Part shown: positions 59,929 to 64,000 of the stretch, in pieces
How the letters are laid out: the number at the start of each line of letters is the position of its first letter
How positions within the stretch are numbered: the stretch's first letter is position 1
IMG/VR virus record: IMGVR_UViG_3300044970_000539
Span: 1 to 64,000 of that record
Strand: one strand, 5' to 3'
Source: a virus
DNA length: 64,000 nucleotides
Notes under the pieces: generated by a model
Databases searched by the model: none
What the model was told of the DNA's origin: nothing
Seen by the model: the letters and a program-made list of their open reading frames with translations, nothing else
Made by a program: the position numbers and the translations under genes

Positions 59929-60135
59929 ATGTGCACATTTTGCAAGGGTATATTAACCCCAATTGTATATTCACGGGTAGTTGACGATGTGCTTCTTGGT
60001 ATGCATAAAACGGGACAAATAATCTTATCAGGTCCATCAGAAAGATATTCAGACCACCCTAGATCATATTGTAGAGCCTGTCAAGAGCCAAGCACTATAG
60101 AAGTTTCCATTGATAACGCATTAGTTCTAGACTAA
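59929..60135 (+). CDS. Small zinc-finger protein (leaderless)
   Basis: CTFC..PIVY...CRAC; TAGAAT-N6-ATG. Confidence 0.55.
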   Translation: MCTFCKGILTPIVYSRVVDDVLLGMHKTGQIILSGPSERYSDHPRSYCRACQEPSTIEVSIDNALVLD

Positions 60136-61041
60136 TCTTTATCTGGTATCTCATCAAACCTACGATAGCCTTTTCTAACCAGAACCTTTGCTATTTGAAA
60201 TGTAGCAAGTAGATATCCAAATAGCATTCCGTATAATATATGTAAAAGCATCAATCAATCCTATCTAAATCTTCAAGACTATATACTCCATATAGATTTA
60301 TCATTTCTTCAACACTAAACTCTAAATCAAACTCTTCTTCAGTATCCACCTGTGCACTCATTTCTTGTATGATATAGTCTAATCTTTGTCATAATTTTGC
60401 GGGATGGAGCATAAAGATCTTCCTTACAAGTTAAACACTTATAAGACCATTCCCCAGTAAAGAAGTCATGAACATAACCTTTGGCATTAGCATACTTCTT
60501 GGCTACAAAGGTTTGAAAGGGATCAGGAATCTCTAGTGACTGGATCAAGTCTATCCCAAAACCCCATAGAATTCCCAACGAATACCTGACCAGTTTCTCT
60601 ATCTACAAGAAGATATTTTTCTGGACATCTAGTTTTAACTGTAAGACCAATTGGTTGTTCTAATTTTTCAAACTTTTTTGACTGTATCATTTTCTTCCTT
60701 TTCCCATATTTTTTTACCATCTTTGTAGACTGGCCAATAGCCCAAGGCTCTCCAGTCCATCTTCGTAATCTTAGGTTCTTTTGGCATACGCACACCAAAT
60801 TCTACCATCTGTCATTGTTTGATGTGTTTCCCAAAACAATGGATCTTTGTGTGACATCTTACACTTTACGCATTCATTCTTATTCAAAGTCTACCTGGCT
60901 TTCAAAGATGCTGTTCTCTCCTCTTGCTATTTTTGCAGCAGCAATACGCATACCAAGTGCATTTGTTACTCCTGTTTCAATTGGAATCAACTCAATAGCC
61001 TTGGCAATTTCTTCTCGCAAAATCATATCATCTATGCTCAT
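60134..61041 (-). other. Cluster of tightly packed small accessory ORFs
   Basis: Overlapping short ORFs, e.g. ending at 60339 and 60523, and 60880..61041; exact starts uncertain. Confidence 0.45.
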
Positions 61042-61484
61042 TTAACACCGTCCCAAGTTCCTATCTTTGTTGTAGGAATCTTATTGTCTTCCCACAATCT
61101 TATCACATTTGGGTTATCATCTACTGCATGTGTTACATCCCAGAGTTTAGTAATCTTATCAAGCATATCTTTCTTTGCTTCATAGTCTGGTCGGTTATCA
61201 TCGTCTGCTCTCATAAACAAGCCATGCGATCTAATATTGTTCTTTGCAAGCCACATGGATGTAAGACCACGGTATTTTTCTTTGCGTGATGTAACAACTA
61301 AAATAGAGTGTCCATCGCTAACAGAATTATTAAGCATTTCTAATACCTCAATATTTGGCAGGGCATCAATAGAGGCAGAATGAAAGGCATCGTAATCCCT
61401 ATCAGAGCCACGGACAAAATGTAAGTATGGGTCAACATTGGCAAGAGTGCCGTCTACGTCATATATATGTGCTGTTGGTTTCAT
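61038..61484 (-). CDS. HAD phosphatase (T4 PNK 3'-phosphatase-like domain)
   Basis: DVDGTL, VTSR, MR...D.R.D...K and VDD. Confidence 0.85.
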   Translation of the reverse strand: MKPTAHIYDVDGTLANVDPYLHFVRGSDRDYDAFHSASIDALPNIEVLEMLNNSVSDGHSILVVTSRKEKYRGLTSMWLAKNNIRSHGLFMRADDDNRPDYEAKKDMLDKITKLWDVTHAVDDNPNVIRLWEDNKIPTTKIGTWDGVK

Positions 61485-61568
61485 ATATCAAGTATACAGT
61501 TCGGCGAAAAGTATGTCAAGTTCGGCGCAAAAATAGGAGTTAACAAACCTTCCCTTGAGTCTAACGAC

Positions 61569-62141
61569 TCACCCTTGGTTAGCAGGCTTCAACTTGCTCA
61601 AATAGTATTTATACTCTGAGACTAATCTAGATTTCTTACTGGAGTTACATTTCCTACAAAGAGGCTGAAGGTTTCCAATTGAATGGTTTCCCGACCTAGA
61701 TATGGGAATAATATGATCCATCGTAATCTTTTCTGTTGCCCCGCAGAAGGCACAGGGAGAGTTATAGAGACGTTTATACTCTTTATCTAATATCTTATAA
61801 CTCTTGGCATCTTTGGCTATCTTACGCTTGATATGGGAGTTGGCTACATGAAGGGTAAATCTTTCACGGTTTGCTTGATTCCAAGCCTTAGCAGTTGCTA
61901 CACGCCTTGCACTATTTTCTTGACGATAGATAGCCTTCTTAGTCATATAAACTTGATCTTGCTTTTGTTTTACCCAACGCTCTTTATTTTTCTTTTGCCA
62001 TTGCTTTTTATATTTCTCTGGATTAGCCTTTTGCCAAGCCTTAGAATACTCTTTGGCACATGGCTTACATTGTGACTGACCTTTATAAAAGTCTGTGACA
62101 AGGCAGGTCTTTTGACATTTTCTGCAAACCTTTGTATCCAT
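61569..62141 (-). CDS. HNH endonuclease
   Basis: N-terminal CxxC pairs; CAFCG...DHIIP.S..G.H...NL...C..CN..K. Confidence 0.9.
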   Translation of the reverse strand: MDTKVCRKCQKTCLVTDFYKGQSQCKPCAKEYSKAWQKANPEKYKKQWQKKNKERWVKQKQDQVYMTKKAIYRQENSARRVATAKAWNQANRERFTLHVANSHIKRKIAKDAKSYKILDKEYKRLYNSPCAFCGATEKITMDHIIPISRSGNHSIGNLQPLCRKCNSSKKSRLVSEYKYYLSKLKPANQG

Positions 62142-62172
62142 ATACCTATTCTACCAATTTTGCCAGGGTATG

Positions 62173-62340
62173 TCAAGAATGCTCTTTACACACAGGCATA
62201 GGAATATCTTCTACTGGTATAAACATATGTCTAGGTTTGCGACATATATAGCATAGGCTCCAGGGGACTATGTTCTTGAATTTAATGTCATTAAAGTACT
62301 TTTGCTGTAGAGACTTTCGTTCATCATTAGATAGTCCCAT
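62173..62340 (-). CDS. Small zinc-binding protein (leaderless)
   Basis: CYIC...C..H; TATAAT-N6-ATG. Confidence 0.5.
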   Translation of the reverse strand: MGLSNDERKSLQQKYFNDIKFKNIVPWSLCYICRKPRHMFIPVEDIPMPVCKEHS

Positions 62341-62367
62341 ATGCTGATTATAGCCTATAATGTATGC

Positions 62368-62685
62368 ATGGAGCAAGCCATACTATACCTACTATACAGT
62401 CCAGAGCATAAGGCTATTAAGATAGGCATATCAGATATCTCAGGTAAAAGGTTTGCAAGCCACAGGACCAAAGGTTGGATCTTGATTAAGTATTGGCATT
62501 TTTTTGAACGGTATAGGGCAAAAGAAGTAGAAACTACAGTACTAAGAACACTAAGGGATAGATACGGACACTATCTAACTAAAGAACAAATGCCTCATGG
62601 GGGATATACGGAGACATTTGATGCAAATAAAGTAACCAGGAGGATGTTGATCCGTATGGTTAATAAGGCGATTAAAGAGGTTTGA
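62368..62685 (+). CDS. GIY-YIG/T5orf172-like nuclease domain protein
   Basis: LYLL...KIGIS...R...H...E...GYTETF. Confidence 0.6.
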   Translation: MEQAILYLLYSPEHKAIKIGISDISGKRFASHRTKGWILIKYWHFFERYRAKEVETTVLRTLRDRYGHYLTKEQMPHGGYTETFDANKVTRRMLIRMVNKAIKEV

Positions 62686-62687
62686 GA

Positions 62688-62807
62688 CTATTGCTTTAAT
62701 GGCATAACAGCATCACATATACAGATGATTGACTCTGGCAATGTATGGACTTTAGTATTGATTGCAATAGTTGTTGCACACTCTGGACACTTGTATGTAT
62801 TCTTCAT
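62688..62807 (-). CDS. 39-aa zinc-ribbon peptide (not in the ORF track)
   Basis: MKNTYKCPEC...CIC; TATGAT-N6-ATG. Confidence 0.45.
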   Translation of the reverse strand: MKNTYKCPECATTIAINTKVHTLPESIICICDAVMPLKQ

Positions 62808-62819
62808 ATACCCATCATA

Positions 62820-63550
62820 TCATAGAGTTATCCACAGGTTTTATGTTAGAAATGTCATAGTTATCCACAAGTTATCCACAATTAAATGTTACTGATATTT
62901 TTTAGATTTATCCCAAAGTGGAGGAAAGTGGAGGATAGTGGTTTATGGAGCACTTTTATAGAGGGCGTTCGTAATGTCGCAGAGCGCCAAACCTCCTACC
63001 ATAAAACCTTTACATTGTCAAACCTTCATATTTGGATAGCGGATTATACTCCCAAACCTCTATATTGTCAAGTATATTTGATAACAATTTGATAACAAAC
63101 CCCTATATAAAACCTCTCAAAATGTGAGAAAAATGTAGAAAAACCTCTATAAAAATATATAAAGGTTTGATAAATATTCTAAAATCCAGGGAAAAATATA
63201 TGTCCTTCGTAATGTCTTTTATACTATAGGGTTTGGTATATCTTTTGATCCCCCGCTGCAGAATGTCTGATAATCCTGGGTTTCATTGCAGGGCGGGGGA
63301 TAAATAAAGAGAGTTCGTAATACCCCTATAGTAATAACAAACCATACATTCTGGTTTTTGGATATAGAGGTTTGAAAGATATGAGTTTATATGATATAAG
63401 GTTTGACAAACAAGGTTTGATATGCTAGAATCCTGGGAAATTTATAGGTCGTTCGTAATCTTTTTTATTGGGATATAAGGTTTGATCGAAAACCCTGCGA
63501 ATTTTTTAGAAGGTTCGTAATAAGGTTTGGTGTGTAAAAGGTTTTTCGAA
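62820..63550. other. Putative replication origin/control region
   Basis: Longest non-coding stretch; DnaA boxes, oriented AAACCT/AGGTTT repeats, TTCGTAAT five times, divergent promoters and a GC hairpin at 63248-63301. Confidence 0.6.
62828..62880 (+). promoter_or_regulatory. Three perfect DnaA boxes
   Basis: TTATCCACA at 62828, 62861 and 62872. Confidence 0.75.
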
Positions 63551-63554
63551 AATC

Positions 63555-63833
63555 TCAGTCTTCAGCAGCAGAGATTTCCAAAACCTCATCAAGGGTCATG
63601 CCTTCAATGATGTCATCTTCAGTAAGTTTAATAGACTCAAGAAACATTTCAAATGTGTCAGCAATGTATCTGCGACCATCATCTGAAACCTCAACAACCA
63701 AACCCTGTGATGTTAGATATGCCAATGGCAATCCGAGATCGTTGTATTCTATAAAGGCTCTGAAGTCTTTCTCTTCTTTATAGTTTTCATACAACTCCCC
63801 CAGGATTACACACTGTGTTACAAAATCTGTCAC
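63555..63833 (-). CDS. Hypothetical acidic protein
   Basis: F..YNDLGLPLAY motif; GTG start overlaps the upstream TGA. Confidence 0.55.
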   Translation of the reverse strand: MTDFVTQCVILGELYENYKEEKDFRAFIEYNDLGLPLAYLTSQGLVVEVSDDGRRYIADTFEMFLESIKLTEDDIIEGMTLDEVLEISAAED

Positions 63834-64000
63834 TCTTTAACTTCCTGTGCCCTGAAAAAGTCTAGAGCCGTGTCATACATAACTTCTGGGTCAAGGTCAC
63901 GCATCTCGCAAAGTTCTCTCCATGCATACTCTAACTCAAACTCACCAAGAGATGTAAGTGTTACCCACTCTGCTGCGACATACTCTGCTAACTTTAGTTC
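63830..64000 (-). CDS. Hypothetical protein, C-terminal part (runs in from the window end)
   Basis: Open frame ELKLAEYVAAEWV...QEVKE*. Confidence 0.5.
   Translation of the reverse strand, partial: ELKLAEYVAAEWVTLTSLGEFELEYAWRELCEMRDLDPEVMYDTALDFFRAQEVKE

Noticed and set aside
62886-63092. 68-aa ORF in the putative origin
   Set aside because: No RBS or promoter context, no motif, and it overlaps the repeat array.
62960-63550. Repeats as a CRISPR or mini-array
   Set aside because: Units are only 6-9 bp and irregularly spaced.
1-64000. Stop-codon reassignment
   Set aside because: Genes are intact and tightly packed under the standard code, all three stops end genes, and no suppressor tRNA was found.

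Overview
A 64-kb segment of a large, AT-rich, long-tailed (siphovirus-like) dsDNA phage. The host is most likely an actinobacterium, inferred from whiB, an FmdB-type zinc ribbon and many leaderless promoters; the content fits freshwater actinophages. Order on the + strand: end of major capsid, head-tail joining genes, tail tube, two tail-assembly-chaperone paralogues, a 3198-aa tape measure protein (TMP), minor tail genes, a replication/recombination block (DnaB, primase, SSB, DnaE, MazG-like, RecA, Cas4-like, RuvC-like), terminase, secreted/membrane proteins, proteases, 3 tRNAs, Hsp20, endolysin, WhiB, a GT60-like glycosyltransferase and a holin. The - strand carries a five-gene glycan operon, 4 tRNAs, small accessory genes and a structured non-coding region with DnaA boxes. 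Most notable: (1) the TMP holds a HipA/PI3K-like kinase domain and a second cargo region between two copies of a repeat cassette; (2) the G/GT tail chaperones appear to be made by gene duplication instead of frameshifting; (3) a putative origin has oppositely oriented repeats, divergent promoters and DnaA boxes; (4) hsp20 has a ROSE-like thermometer; (5) there is a possible surface-protein/glycosylation programme. All product calls come from motif reading, not database searches.
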